Positions 13,800-26,540 are shown, counted from the stretch's first letter. The stretch is DNA of 64,000 nucleotides from Zygnema circumcarinatum SAG 698-1b (GCA_037447605.1 CM074808.1:930001-994000), one strand, 5' to 3'. The notes: generated from the sequence alone by a model not told the origin. Numbers and translations are program-made.

Positions 13800-13981
13800 C
13801 TCTAAAAACCCTACGAACAATAAAAACTCTAAATACCCTATGAACCCTAAAAAAACCTAAAAACCCTGCAAACCATAAAACCCTACAAGCCCTAAAAACC
13901 CTCCAAACCCTAAAAAATTTAAAACCCTACAAACCAGCAACCCTAAAAACCCTAAACCCTACGAAAGCCTAAAACCCTAAA
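13800..13981. repeat. Degenerate telomere-like (CCCTAAA/CCCTAAAA) tract
   Basis: More than ten AAACCCT(A) units upstream of the HOL gene. Confidence 0.8.
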
Positions 13982-14287
13982 CAAACACGGCTCTGTAAGT
14001 CTAGAAGAAGCTGCGCAGGTCCCGCCCGCCCTATGGAGGGGCCGTCGAAGGGACGCGGAAGCAGCGCTGCTAGGTACCCGGAAACCGGCGGCTGGCGAGA
14101 AAGTGACGACAGCACGCGCGGGGGACGACGTCACTGGATGCAAGAGCTTGTGGGCTTTCCCCGAAAGCTGTTGCTGACGTCACTTTTGCAGACAGACAGA
14201 CAGAGACATGCGCGCATCTTTGCGCAGTTAGACAGTAAGTTTTTTTGCTCTGCCAAACAATATAATGATGATGAGCATCGGGGGAGT

Positions 14288-16931
14288 ATGAGGGGAGTCG
14301 CAAGTGCGCTGCATCTGCAGGCCTGCTCTGTGGCTGCTGCTTGCGCTGTCAAGTTGAAGGTGCGGTCATTTGCTGCGCGCGGAGGAGGGCTTGGGAGGAG
14401 CCTTGCTTTAAGGCGTCATCAAGTGCGGTGTTGCAGCGGTCAAGGACGGGAGCCTGCCGTGGCTGACTCCGTCATGGAAGGTATTCGGGCCGTCGCTTCT
14501 CCGCTTCAAGCTATTATGGACGCGGACGAAACAGGTGAGTTAGCGCTAACTTAGCTGAATATGAATGCAGAGTTGATTAACTTACAAATGGTTTAATACT
14601 TTTTGTTTTTATTCTGTTCTCTATTTAAACAGCAATAAAGGAAGGAAGTTGTGAAGCAAATGCTGTTGAGATTTTTTACTTCATTTAGCCAAGTGATGCC
14701 GTACGTTTCAAAAGGAAGTTATTTGAAAGCTGAGAAAAAATGACGGAAGTGACTACACATCGCAAATGTGAAAAGTATAGGTGGTGCCACTAATGTGGGA
14801 ATTGTGGAAATAAAGTTATAAACGTTACAGTTGTGACATGAATTGCATGTAATGTACTGAAACTTGACGTTTTATATTCTGCATAGACTCAGCGTGCGTG
14901 GATAAAATCAATGACCAGTGACCAAATCTTCGAACGGTGGATACTTGCAAATGATCACAGAACATGAACTTAGTTGGGGTAGATATTAGTGCCGTCATTC
15001 GTTGAGTCAGAAAAATGTATCAAAGATTGAAAACATCGAAGAGAGTGCACATGGCAATGACTGCAGGATGGGCGCACATCCACGATTGCCACCATTGCGA
15101 GGATAGGCTATGAAAATAATCTGAAAATGCAATTCCTTCATTTTTTTGTTTGAGGCTGGTGCCTGCAGCAGCCACCTGCTCCTGGTCTTCGTGAGGCAGT
15201 AAACTAGTTCTCGTGTTTCTGTTACATTCCTCTGTAACTTAAATCCTATTGTGGCTGCGTGCCTTCCTATTGGTGCAGGAGGCTGGGACAAGTGCTGGGT
15301 TCAAGGAGTCACTCCGTGGGACTTGGGCGGAGTGCATCCTGCGGTGGCTTCGCTTTTGGAGTCTTCATCTCTCCCTTCAGGCCGAGCGCTCGTACCAGGC
15401 TGCGGAGCGGTTGGTCCCCCAAAGCCTCTATTCAATGCAAAAGATATATTGTGATTGTGGTTTATTGTACCACTGAAACTCAGCAATACTATGGACGCAT
15501 AAAAAAACAACATTCAAGTTCGCGTGTGTACGCGTTTGCAAGAGTTACACTCGACGGTAAAAGGAGAAAAAGAGGTTAAGAAAAAAGAGGATTGTGATGA
15601 TCGTCATTGGTTGCATGCCAGGCTTGGGATGCGAGAGCTATGGCTGGCCCTAGCAGGCACGTTGTGGCGCTAGATTTATCGGAAACTGCCATTGGTCGGG
15701 CCAAGGAGGTGAGACTCTTCCTGATTGGTCCGGCGCTTCTAGCATAGGGTTGGGATGTGTGGCTACACTTGTCCCAAGTTCCTTGTCATGCTCACGATGG
15801 TATGAGGATTGCATTCTGGGAATGGTCCACGCCAGCTTATCGAGGGTAAACCAGAAGCTGCGTTTATGGAGTTGCTTGCGGGAGATTTCTTCACGTTCAG
15901 CCCATCTCAGCCTTTCGACCTGATCTTTGATTACACGTACGTGGGATCTTTCTACACCTTGAAGGAAAGGGGTTGAAACATGGCAGATGGGTGATCAGTA
16001 GAATGGAGAGCGTCTTGCAAGAGTATGTTGGAACAATTGAATGCTGCTTCCTGAAAGAAAAAGGATGAGTTTTATTCGTTTGGGCATGCACATTGAGGCT
16101 AATCTGATGTGTTTCTTAGTAGTACTAATTCTGCTTGTTATGTTCCTGTTGCAGTTTCTTCTGCGCCATCCCTCCCCGCCTGCGTCCGCAGTGGGGCGAA
16201 AAAATGGCGGAGCTGATTGCTCCAGAGGGGGAGCTGATCACTCTCATGTTTCCGGTATTCACATCACACCCTATCCAAGAGATGAGTCAGAACTAATGAT
16301 TTTCCATGACGTATATTTCTATTGAGGAGACGAGCTTTCAGACCTTTTGTTAAAATCGATGTGATATTCAGAGTCTCATAAATTCGTCTGTTTTACTTGA
16401 TAATCTGTGAGTTTCACAGATGGGGGAGAAAGTAGGAGGACCCCCTTTTGGTGTCTCAGAGAAAGCGTGAGTACTCGACCTAGCCATTCGGCAGCTCCAG
16501 ACATATATGCCTGGTTCAAGCTTTAGCGTCTAAAAGGAGTCCCGTCAAAGCAGAATGAGTTAGATATCTTGCTGCTGTCTACCTGCCCTGCAGGTATGAG
16601 GATGTACTGAAACCCCACGGCTTTGAAGTTATAAGTATTGAGCCAGTTCTCAACAGCGTAAGCCAAAGAGCGGTACGTCCCGATACTTCGCCTACTCTTG
16701 TGAAATTCACTTTTGCAGGGTATCATGAGCTTTTTTGAATAGGTCGAAGGCGGCGTTGAGAGGGCATCGAAGTGTGCAATTGAATAAGAAATAAGCTTCG
16801 ATAGAGAGTGAGGCAGAGGTACAACATTTTGGTGTAATTTGAAGTATTGGGCTTCACTTGCTTGTGCTTACTGGATGCAGGGATTGGAGAAGTTGGGTCG
16901 CTGGAGGATGAACTTGCCTTCCAAAATTTGA
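14288..16931 (+). CDS. HOL: SAM-dependent thiol/halide methyltransferase (HOL/TPMT family), 8 exons
   Basis: Exons ~14288-14534, 15279-15409, 15622-15708, 15836-15936, 16155-16254, 16420-16466, 16595-16672, 16881-16931. Motifs [54 protein letters not shown]. Confidence 0.93.
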
Positions 16932-17376
16932 TGCTCACCTAAGTAACCCGTCAGCTAGGCTACTCTTATGAGTTCTTCAATATGGATAGAGTATTGGCCA
17001 CCAATCCGATGACGGTTGTAAAGCAACAAGTATTTACGATTTCCAACATCGATAGGATACATTCGTTTCTGGAGTTAACGGGCGTCCAGTTGTGTTCTGT
17101 GCTCATGTTTCCATCTTCCCGATTAAAAAAAAAAAATTAGCTGTGTAAGAGCGTCGGTGTTTATAACTCACAAACAATGCTGTATGGATCACAAAGGTCA
17201 CTGTAAAGTGGGTTGAAAGGTGATACCTTTGTCGTAAAGCTAGCGATGGCAGCGACAGAGAGAGCCTCAAAGCGTGGAGGCTGAGAGCTTCTGAAGGTGG
17301 TGTATCCACTGCATGGTAGTGTCACAATCTGCGGCGAACAACTTTGCTTTTACCTCCCTTTTACCGGCCCTCAAGG

Positions 17377-17647
17377 CGTTATTGAGGCCGCCTGCAACTC
17401 GACAGTTTCATCGCCGCCTCTCTCACCCCCTCCGTCGCCGCCTCTCTCTCCGCCTCCCTCGCGCCCTCCCTCTCCCCCTCCCTCGCCTCCGGCCTCGCCC
17501 CCTCTCTCCCCCCCTCCTTCTCCTCCTCCATCACCCCCTCCCTCTCCCCTTCCTTCCCCTCCTCCCTGCCCCCACCCTCGTCCCCGCCTCCTCCTTCCCC
17601 TCCACCCCCTCCTCCCTGCATCACCTCCTGCCCCACCACTCCTCTAG
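17377..17647 (+). other. SPPP-repeat (extensin/HRGP-like) coding-like segment with no identifiable upstream exons
   Basis: Translates as VIEAACNSTVSSPPLSPPPSPP... after a pyrimidine tract and AG. Confidence 0.4.
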
Positions 17648-17814
17648 AGCTTTGCGATTACTTTAAAGGCTATGCCACGGAAGTGCCAGCTTTCACCCTT
17701 TCAACAACCGGCCAGAGCCGCCTAAGCCCCGCCCAACGCACAAACTAGACGGGAGTAGAGCTGGCCGTGGAGGTGGACAGCTTGGGCCGAGGCCTCGTCA
17801 GAGTGTCCTACGCC

Positions 17815-17915
17815 GAGCGCGGGTGCAGCTGACTTGGTAGTGGGTGCAAAATGCACCATCTTGCTGAGTCGATCCACAAACACCAGAATAGCATCGTGAC
17901 CCCGCGGGGTAACAA
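17815..17915 (-). pseudogene. Ty3/gypsy integrase fragment
   Basis: TPRGHDAILVFVDRLSKMVHFAPT is a typical gypsy rve motif. Confidence 0.85.
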
Positions 17916-19379
17916 GCAAATCTCGCATTCGCATTCGCCCCACGCCCTTATACGCTCTCCCGGTCGAACGGGGGAGCAGTCCTTCCTCGGCGGCAAGGAA
18001 GCGGTTCTTCACGCGCGCACGCTCCAAGCCGCGGCCGGTCGGCCCTTCTCCCTCTGTCGGCCCGCTGCGTCCTTTTGCCTGTGGCCGCGTTCAGGAGGTC
18101 GTATGGAGCCGGCGGCGCATGCAACGTGCCGCCGGATGACGAACTCTCGTCGAGACCGCGCGGCAGTACGTGGTGTTCAAAACCATGGAATAGGCAGCAG
18201 GTTGCAGGGTGGCTTGTTCGCTTTACGGTTCTTGATTGTGCTAGTTTTTTGCTGCTTTGTACATAGTACGTAAGGAAGGGGGGGGTATAGCTAGACTGAT
18301 AAGGTTGTGGTTCTGTAAACTTACATTTGGTTTATGGGTACGTGAGTAGAGTATATGGTCTTCTCAATGGTTCTTCTCGAGTTTTGTGCGTTCAGCTTTG
18401 ATGATATTTGGCATGAATCGGTTGGGTGCCAATGTCAACTTTCAAATGAGACTCGTGGTGCAGGAGGTTTCATTCGTAGAGTTTATTTCTGACATTGTGT
18501 CATTGCAATCGCGACATTAGTATCATTGGAGTGGTTTGCCGAGTGCTCGAGGAAACATGATTAATTTGAAATCGTCGCCACCCAAAGGAAACTACAAAGG
18601 GAGGAAAAAGTAAACGACAATCTTCGCCCACCTAAAGAGTCTCGGCCTTTTTATACTCGCCTCGCAATGCAGCATTTTAGGCGACAATCAGAGACTTTGG
18701 CAATGCACCACTGAATCATGTAATGAATGGGCAACTTCAAGCTTCTTGGAATACAAACCTGCTCTGCTGGAACAACCCCTTTGAGCTGCTTAGTCGAGGT
18801 TGGCTGCCCATCACCTTTCATTGAAGGGAAGTGCTTGCATTGTGGCAGTTTGATGGCACAGGGACATGGGCGTCATGCATGCAATTGCTTCACAATGCTC
18901 TTGTTGAACGGTTCAGAGGGGGCGTACGGATATTATGTACGGACAGAACATAATGTACAGTCAGCAGTCCTCATATTTTCCACCTTGTACAGTGCGTCCC
19001 CAAGAAATTCGCCCCGATTTTGCCGAAACCACCTTTTTGTACGGTAGCTTTGTGTTATCCGTACTGTCCGTACTAGCCGTTACGGGCTACGCAAAACTCA
19101 CCTAATCTCCCCGCACGTGCCGCCGTAAGAGGCGCTCGCTCTTCTCCCCTTTCTTCTTGGCTCCGATACGATACGATACGATACACAGAGCGGAAAACGT
19201 CTATGCGTTACGATATTACACGATACGATACGATTCTAAACGACACAATACGATACGGTGCGATATGGTACGGTGCGATACGTACGGCCCAACATGAACT
19301 CTAACATAATACCGCCCGTCTATTGGTAACACGAACCTTCTATTTGCAAAATCAAGATTTTCGCCTCATATTTGCCAAA

Positions 19380-20278
19380 GGGTAACTCTACTGCACCCCC
19401 GCGTTTTGTCTTTCGCACCCCCGTTTTGAAAATTTTGCCTGCCCGTTTTGGTTACCCCCCAGTTTTGAATATTTCGGGAAAAAATCTTTTTCCCGCCCCT
19501 TTCGTCCCCTCCTCTGGCCCCTGTTGCGAAACGCTATAAACTTAAATGTATGGTTGTTCGTTTATATCCACGGTTGCCTTTTAACGGTAGTGTTTATGGG
19601 TTGGTACCGGGATGTGCCGAGTTCGAACTTTATAGGAAGCCTGTTTGTTTCATTCCCCCTCATCATTTTTTGGACATTCCATCCCCTCGTTTTCTCCTTT
19701 TCACTATTGACTTCCAACAATGTGCGACAAAAGAAAAGGGGATTTGCATTGGTCTCAAGATGGTGAGGCCATCAAATAAACATGGACAAAGTCAACATAG
19801 GAACCACAAGAAATTAGTCGCAAATGAAACAAGCACAAAATAAAAAAACTAGGAACAAAAAACTAAACTAAACTAAGCTTAAGTACAAAAACGCAACCTT
19901 AAACACAACTGCAAAGGTCACCAATGTTGGGCAACTGTTACTCTCTGTTTTCAGGTTACCCCTAATTAAGGCAAGATCTTAAATTGTGGCCTGCTTGTTT
20001 GCAATTGGAACATTGTTTCCCTTCAACGTACTCGAAATAGCTCTTGTCCCGGCTGATTGCCAAACTGCGCGCGCCAGAAGGTCGACCTCGTTCCTTCACA
20101 ACCGGGGGAGGGTTTTGCAACTGCAATGGTTCGAGGGGGGGCAGCGGAGGGGACGAAAGGGGCGGGAAAAAGATTTTTTCCCGAAATATTCAAAACTGGG
20201 GGGTAACCAAAACGGGCAGGCAAAATTTTCAAAACGGGGGTGCGAAAGACAAAACGCGGGGGTGCAGTAGAGTTACCC
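19380..20278. mobile_element. MULE-like MITE, family 1, complete
   Basis: ~130-bp near-perfect TIRs starting GGGTAACTCTACTGCACCCCC. 9-bp TSD TTTGCCAAA at 19371-19379 and 20279-20287. Empty site at ~46000-46020. Confidence 0.95.
19522..19652 (+). mobile_element. Solo LTR of the tRNA-like TRIM family
   Basis: TG...CA, 131 bp. Shares CGGTTGCCTTTTAA.GGTA and GAGTTCGAAC with 36445 and 41048. Confidence 0.75.
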
Positions 20279-20461
20279 TTTGCCAAAACCATGGCGAAAA
20301 TATGAGGACTGCTGACTGTACTGTACTGTACTCTACTCTACAGACAAACTGTACGGTATTGATGGTACGGTCAGGCGCTTGCGCCGCGTGACACGTGTCC
20401 CTTAGTTTGATGTCCGCCTGCTCACTCTCTCGCTCTCTCTCTCTCTGAAGGCGGTAGCAGC

Positions 20462-23400
20462 ATGGCGAAGAAGAGGGTGCCATCCGGCAAGAGCAAGCCT
20501 CTCACGCACATCTCGGAGAATGGCGTGCCGTCGTCATCCAGAACCCGCACAAGCAGCAAGCATGAGAGCAAGGTACGTGAGGCAAGTTTGCTTCTTTTGC
20601 ATAAGTAGCCAGTTAGAATTCTTGCAAGGTTGGCATGTGTAGGAGGGGATGAGTGTCGTTGCAGATGCACATAGAACGAGAGAATTCAGTAGGTGTGCCG
20701 CTCGTATCAAGTCGCCGTATGAGGTTCGAGCCTCTTTCTGGCTTGGCTCTGGCAAACGCGCTTTGCATTGGAATTCCAGGACTCATTTTATTTTATTTGC
20801 TTGTGTTTCGGAGCAGAGGAAGGGCAAGGAATACACTGCCGGTGCGCACTGGGAGCAGCTCGCAGCGCTTGGTCTCAAAATTCGCGAAGTGACAGCTGAC
20901 GGCAATTGCTTTTTCCGGTGTGTTGCGAGCTCTTTTGAATGAAGTCTTCCTTTCTCAGTATCTCAGTAAGGCGTTTTTACTGGATACTTCTCATCTTATT
21001 GTGTCGCGCCAAGTCTGTGGACGTAGCTGCCTTTTTTATGTGTCCTACCTGCACGTCTCCATGTGGAAATAGCTTCGAAAAAGATTGCTGTATTTGACAG
21101 AGTAGAATGTAAAATTTTTGTGGCAGTCGTTTAGATGGGGGCGTGTTGGCAGGGCAGTGGCGGACCAGCTGGACGGATCACAGGCGTCTCATACGATGCT
21201 TCGGAAGAAGACGGTCGACTATATTGAGGTTTTCCAATTTCCTGCCAAAGTTGTGGATTTCATCTTTTGCGAAGTACCACTTGCTCTTTCTAGTTCGTGG
21301 GTCAGAATTGGCGCGATTGCCGCTACTTCACCCAATTCGATCCAATACCATGCACCCAGTTGCTATTTTTCTTAGCCGTATGTGCGGGTATAAGCTGCAG
21401 TCGATGTCCATCAAGCAACATGGTTTATTGCGTGGTTGTAGTGAGCACTTCGTGTGACTACTCCCTGAGCCTTCCTCTTACAAAGTTTGCATGATGTTTC
21501 GACAGAGCCATGGAGATGATTTCAAGCCGTTTGTGGAGGATGATGTTTCATTTGAAGAGTACTGCGAGAGCATGCGGCAGGATGGCACATGGGGCGGCCA
21601 CATGGAGTTGCAGGCCCTCTCTTTGCTTATGCGCTGCAATATATGCATCCACAGAGTACGGCCACTGCCATACCAACAGCTGCTCCGTTACATTTGCTTT
21701 TTTGTTTTTTTCGAGTCCTAGCGCTCGCTTTTTGGCTATTACTTGCAGAGCAAGATGAGTGTGTCGAATTTTCGAGTTGGATTACTTCATATAATTCATT
21801 TCACTGAATGCTTTGTGCGCTGCAGTATCAATCGCCACGTTGGCACATCCGTAATTTTGGGGATCCACGGACACGCACCATACACATGTACGCACTTTCC
21901 GCTTGCTCCAGTTTAGAAGTACATGGACAGCTTGAAAACAGTTTGACTGCCAATAGACCTCCGCATCGTGGACATCGATTGCTATAGGATATAGAGCAAC
22001 AATGGGCTCAATTTGAAGCTGACGTCATGGCTTATTGGTACGAGGAATTTGTTGTGTTTGATTAACTAAAATCACTTTTTGGAATTGGTGGTTTGATGCT
22101 TGAAGCACAGCTCATATCATGATGGCGAACACTACAACAGTGTGCGATTAGCGGATGATAACGCATGGGAGCCTGCGTTGCCGATTGTTATTGAGGTAGG
22201 ACACGTTTGTTTGTTTGTTTGTTTGTTTCATCTTCTCCTATCAGAATACGATAACTGACAATTCCCTTGCTTTGGAATGGTGCAGAATGATGCCCAACTT
22301 GCCAGCAAGCCCCCTCCCCAGAAGGACAATTCGCCTTATGTGGGAGATAAAGCGGGAGGAAATGTGTCAGCTATTGACATCGTGGCTCGTAAAACCGGCC
22401 TTTCTGACCATGCCAGCATAAACCAGGTGATGATGCGAATCTTTGGAATTGCTGGGGGCTCATACATACCTCAACTGCCACCTTTTCTCTGTTCAAAGTC
22501 GTGCCTTATGTCCCATACACTGAAAGGAAACCCTTATGGGTTCGTCATTCTCTGAGGTTTTGACATAAGCTCTCTATGGCTCCTATTGTTAGCCCATCTT
22601 TCCCACCCCCCCCCCCCTCAAGCCCACCCCCCCATTTCTGGCCCTGATACCGGGTATGCCCCCCTTATTCCTGCAGGCCCTTGCCGATATGGGGGGAGAT
22701 GTTGAGGCTACCACAGAGTACCTTCTAGCAGCGGAATCCTGCTTGAACGGGAGAGAGAAGATGAATGACGAGTCGGAGGTGAGTGTGAACAGAACTCCGC
22801 ATACGGAACTACAGCTGTTGCAATCAAAACCAAAATCAAACTTCTGCTTTGTAATGAAAAGTACTGTGAGTTTGACAGCATAACCGACTCGTCCTTTCTC
22901 TGCTGGTCGATGAACCATGGCTCAGGTCCATGAAACGGTCGCTACAGAAACTGGTGATGGAAGCGCATCACCCACTGACACTAAAAGGAAGGTTTCCAAA
23001 GCTGAGCAGGTCAGCCTCCTCGTTGGCATCAAACAAGCTTTCTTGAAGGTCAAGAGTTTTAGGGTACACGTGGGAAAGAAGCTGGAAGACAGCAGCAGTC
23101 GGAACTTGATGTGGGGCTAACAGGATGTGGAAGGTGATTTTAAGGAGTTTCATCTGCTATAGGAGAACGGTGGAAATGTGGATTGGCTGCTTTGTACTTG
23201 CGAGGAAGCTGCTGATGTTGCTGCAGGTTAATTGTGCATGGTCACAGAAAATTGGGAGGAATCAAGCATGCGTGTGTGGTTCCAAGAAAAAGTACAAAGC
23301 ATGTTGTGGTGCAGGAGGAAGCCATGGGGTGGAACGCTGGTAAGCTTCCACTTTGTCCTCTTTGTTTTGTGCTAATGAAAAGTAAGCCTACTTTTGAATG

Positions 23401-23854
23401 CTTATTACCCAGAAGCATTCCTTGCGCGAGTTGTATGGTCAGAAATATGTTTGGATGGGCTTCGTCAGCAATCTTCTCTCTGACGAGAGTGGCACGCGAA
23501 AGCTTTGATTGGCTATCAAATTTTGACATGTGAACTGCGTGACTTATGCCTACTACCATTTTCAAGCCGAAAGCATCCGGGCCTTGCTTCTGGTTTGTAC
23601 TTCAGATCAAATTGGGGCTGAGATGGAGGTCCTGAGTCGGACTTGAACTTGTGAATGGCTTGGAACTCCAAAAAAATCCTCTGAGAAAGACTTGGGGCAA
23701 TTGCAGGGCTGCTGAGAAACTCACCAACAAGGGGAGGAAAGCGCTATCGCGCCAAACAAGAGGCGGTGCTTCCCCCCCTAATAGGAGCGGATCCGATTCA
23801 TTAGCGAGCTCTAGGGAAATGGAATCTCCTGACTTGGGGGCCTTGTGCATTTGA
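20462..23854 (+). CDS. OTU7: OTU-domain deubiquitinase with SEC-C motif (Arabidopsis OTU7 / animal OTUD3 type), ~11 exons
   Basis: LGLKIREVTADGNCFFRAVADQL, GTWGGHMELQALS, SYHDGEHYNSVR, KIGRNQACVCGSKKKYKACC, C-terminal LGALCI. The phase of exon 1 is ambiguous. Confidence 0.9.
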
Positions 23855-24770
23855 CGGCAGTCTGTGCCCCTCCCTGTAGTCAGTTGTACCAGTATTGAGC
23901 GATAGATATTCTTGCATTATCACTGTAAGTAACCTTTTTGTTACGAGTAGTGGAAGGGGTTAGAATACGCTGAGCTTGTGCGTTTTTTGTTTTGTGTTAT
24001 CTCGATTGATTTATCTTTCGTTTCAGATTTTACTTTCGTTTTTATTTTCATGTCGTAGCTTTCACCTTTTGCGGACATATTGCCTCTCAATTGAAGCGAA
24101 GAGTTCTATGCAATGGTTTCAAACGATTGGCCATCTTGGTCGAGCAAAATTGCTTTTAAGACAGCCTGTGGATGCAAAGGGGCACAGGCTGGATAGCATT
24201 GGATGATTTGCATCTCCGCCGCTCCCTTGAGGATCTCCAAGGCGGCTTCACCTTCCCTTTCTTCCTCCCTCCCCTTGTTAGAGCTTTTTCAAGAGGGAAG
24301 AGAGGGAAAAAAGCCTTTGTTATAGCTTCACACGCTGCTCTTAACGGTTTATATCCCCTCATCAGAATTAGTGGAAGTTCTGGGTCACAACCCATCCGTA
24401 TATTAGGCCGTGCCGAGTTTTGACATTTCTTGAAGATGTAGAATTCAAAAGCAGTGGACATTGCTCCGCGACTTGCACTGTACTGGGACATGAAAAAAGG
24501 TTTTGCATTCGAGAAAAATCACGTAACGAGACGTCAAAGAATGACAAATCCTGCCGCCAAACGTGAAGTATATTTGTTGACTAACAAGGTAACTTCAAAG
24601 CCGTGCCACCCATCAAAGCCATTATCAGTGTGCTCGCTCGACTGCAGTTCCATAATTCATCCGAATTTAACAGGCAAGGTCCGTCCTTGGTCCTTTGTGA
24701 CCTTTTCCTTTGGTTGGTTCCCTATGTTGATGTTGAGGCCTGTCTGGCCTCTGCTTCCTTCTGGAACCGA

Positions 24771-24832
24771 AGAACTGGAACTGAAACTAAAACTGGAACT
24801 GAAACTAAAACTGGAACTGGAACTGGAACTGA
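24771..24832. repeat. (CTGGAA/CTGAAA/CTAAAA)n hexamer repeat
   Basis: About ten tandem hexamers. Confidence 0.85.
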
Positions 24833-24857
24833 ATAGCCAGGGGGAAGCGCTCAAGTG

Positions 24858-24966
24858 AGTCAGTTAACCGAGTCAGTCAAGCAAGTCATCCAGCCAAGTT
24901 ACGGCGGTGTCAGTCATAATAGTCAGTTAGTCAGCCATTAGAGTCAGTCATAAGAGTCAGTCAGTA
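24858..24966. repeat. Degenerate (GTCA)n / AGTCAGTCA tract
   Basis: Repeated GAGTCAGTCA-like units upstream of the zinc-finger gene. Confidence 0.7.
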
Positions 24967-25379
24967 GTACGGATCCTGCGCCGTGTGTATTAGCGCCACC
25001 TGCAGACGTGTCACGAAGCCGAGTCAGTCCGATCTCTGATTGGTTGTATCTGATTTGAGCTGTAAGAATTCTCGTTTGTGAGTGCGCGTAGCAGGACTAA
25101 ATTGACAGGCTTCATATGCCACGCCGTTACAGTAACACGCCCGTACAGTAATATTAACGTCTTGATTAACGGAACTATTGTTCTTTGAAATTCCCGTTCC
25201 CAGTTAAAGAAATTTTTACTTACTGAGCATGTGACCAGGACCTTTCCAGCTATCCGTTGAAGCCCACTTTCCCTCTACCCACCATCCACTTCCACTGCAC
25301 GAGAGCATAAGGTGAAGGCAGGAGGCGCTCGTCCAAGAGTGTCAGATCATTTCTTGGAACGATTTGGCATAGGGAAGTA

Positions 25380-26408
25380 ATGGAAGAGGTGGCCTCCGTC
25401 AGCGAAGAGATTACCTTGGGGGCGAACGCATCAACCGCGTTCTTATTCCCTGTCTGGATTGCACGGAGGAGGAAAATCCCGCCTGAGCATTTCTTTTTTA
25501 CGCAGGGCAATGTGGAAAGGGAGCATTTAGCACAGCAAATCGCTGGGCGTATCACTGACGATGATATGCTGGATTTTTTATCGGAAGAACTGGACCAGCC
25601 TATTCTGTATTGTCCAATTGCAAGCTGTAATGCTAAACTTGCAACTATCTCGGGTTTCGACGCTCATTATATGGCTCGGCATATGGCAACGTGCTCAGTT
25701 TGTTCGAAGCAATTTCCTTCTCTGCGCCTTCTCAACCTCCATGTTGCTGAAAATCATGATTCTTTCTTTAAGGCGAAGGCCGCCAGGGGATATCTGATGT
25801 ATGAATGTCTTGTAGAAGGCTGCTCTAGCAAGTTCCACACAGACGCATCTCGACACAGACACCTTGTAGACCTTCACAAATTTCCACGGACCTTCCAATT
25901 CTCGAGAACGAAGCATTTGGCGCAAAAACAGAGGAAGAAGCTGCAACAGAAGCGACCGCCTGCGACGGCGCCTGTGGATTCTGCCATGAAAGGGGAACGG
26001 TCTGGACTCAGCCGCAGTAAAGCTGATGGAAATACGATGCCTGCTAACAGTGCTAGGAAAGGGAGCAGTGCTCGTCTAAAAAATCCTCAGTCGCTAGTTA
26101 GGAATTCTGATGCCACCGAAGTGACAAATTCAGCGATCTTAGAAAGCGTTGCTTCTCGCTCTGAAAGCCCTGTACCTATGTTGCCTCAAGGAGATTGTGA
26201 GAGAATGGAGGTCAGCACATGCAATGCACAGCAATGTCAAGGAAAGGAGAATGAAGCCCAACGAGACATGGATGTCGACATAGAGGCATTGGGTACAAAA
26301 CTTTCCAAACTTAGTACGTTAAATTCGGCTAACTTGATGGTACCAGCTGTAATTAGTTTTGGGAGACGGAGAGCAGCTGGCGCAGTTCGAGGAGGCCGAG
26401 GAAGGTAA
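25380..26408 (+). CDS. C2H2 zinc-finger protein, ZNF511-like, single exon
   Basis: 342-aa ORF with three C2H2 fingers, HVAENHDSFF, MYECLVEGC, HLVDLHKFP and C-terminal VPAVISFGR. Confidence 0.9.
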   Translation: MEEVASVSEEITLGANASTAFLFPVWIARRRKIPPEHFFFTQGNVEREHLAQQIAGRITDDDMLDFLSEELDQPILYCPIASCNAKLATISGFDAHYMARHMATCSVCSKQFPSLRLLNLHVAENHDSFFKAKAARGYLMYECLVEGCSSKFHTDASRHRHLVDLHKFPRTFQFSRTKHLAQKQRKKLQQKRPPATAPVDSAMKGERSGLSRSKADGNTMPANSARKGSSARLKNPQSLVRNSDATEVTNSAILESVASRSESPVPMLPQGDCERMEVSTCNAQQCQGKENEAQRDMDVDIEALGTKLSKLSTLNSANLMVPAVISFGRRRAAGAVRGGRGR

Positions 26409-26540
26409 GGGTTAGCGTTAGGGTTAGGGGTAGAATTAGGGTCAGAGCTAACGGTTAGGGTTAGGATTAAGGTTGGTTAGTGTTACGGTACGGAGGCATT
26501 AGTGTTAGTTTCATATCTAAGGTTAGGGTTAGGGTTAGGT
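26405..26540. repeat. Degenerate TTAGGG-type tract starting at the stop codon
   Basis: GGGTTA/TTAGGG units. Confidence 0.8.

Larger units (their letters stand above)
18958..20318. mobile_element. Complete Tc1/mariner-type MITE (host family) carrying a MULE insertion
   Basis: TIRs CAGTCAGCAGTCCTCATATTTTC at both ends, flanked by TA. Internal (ATACG)n and GTAC-rich tracts. Confidence 0.9.

Noticed and set aside
24454-24858. Protein with an ELKLKLEL repeat
   Set aside because: Translation of a hexamer microsatellite; no other coding signal.
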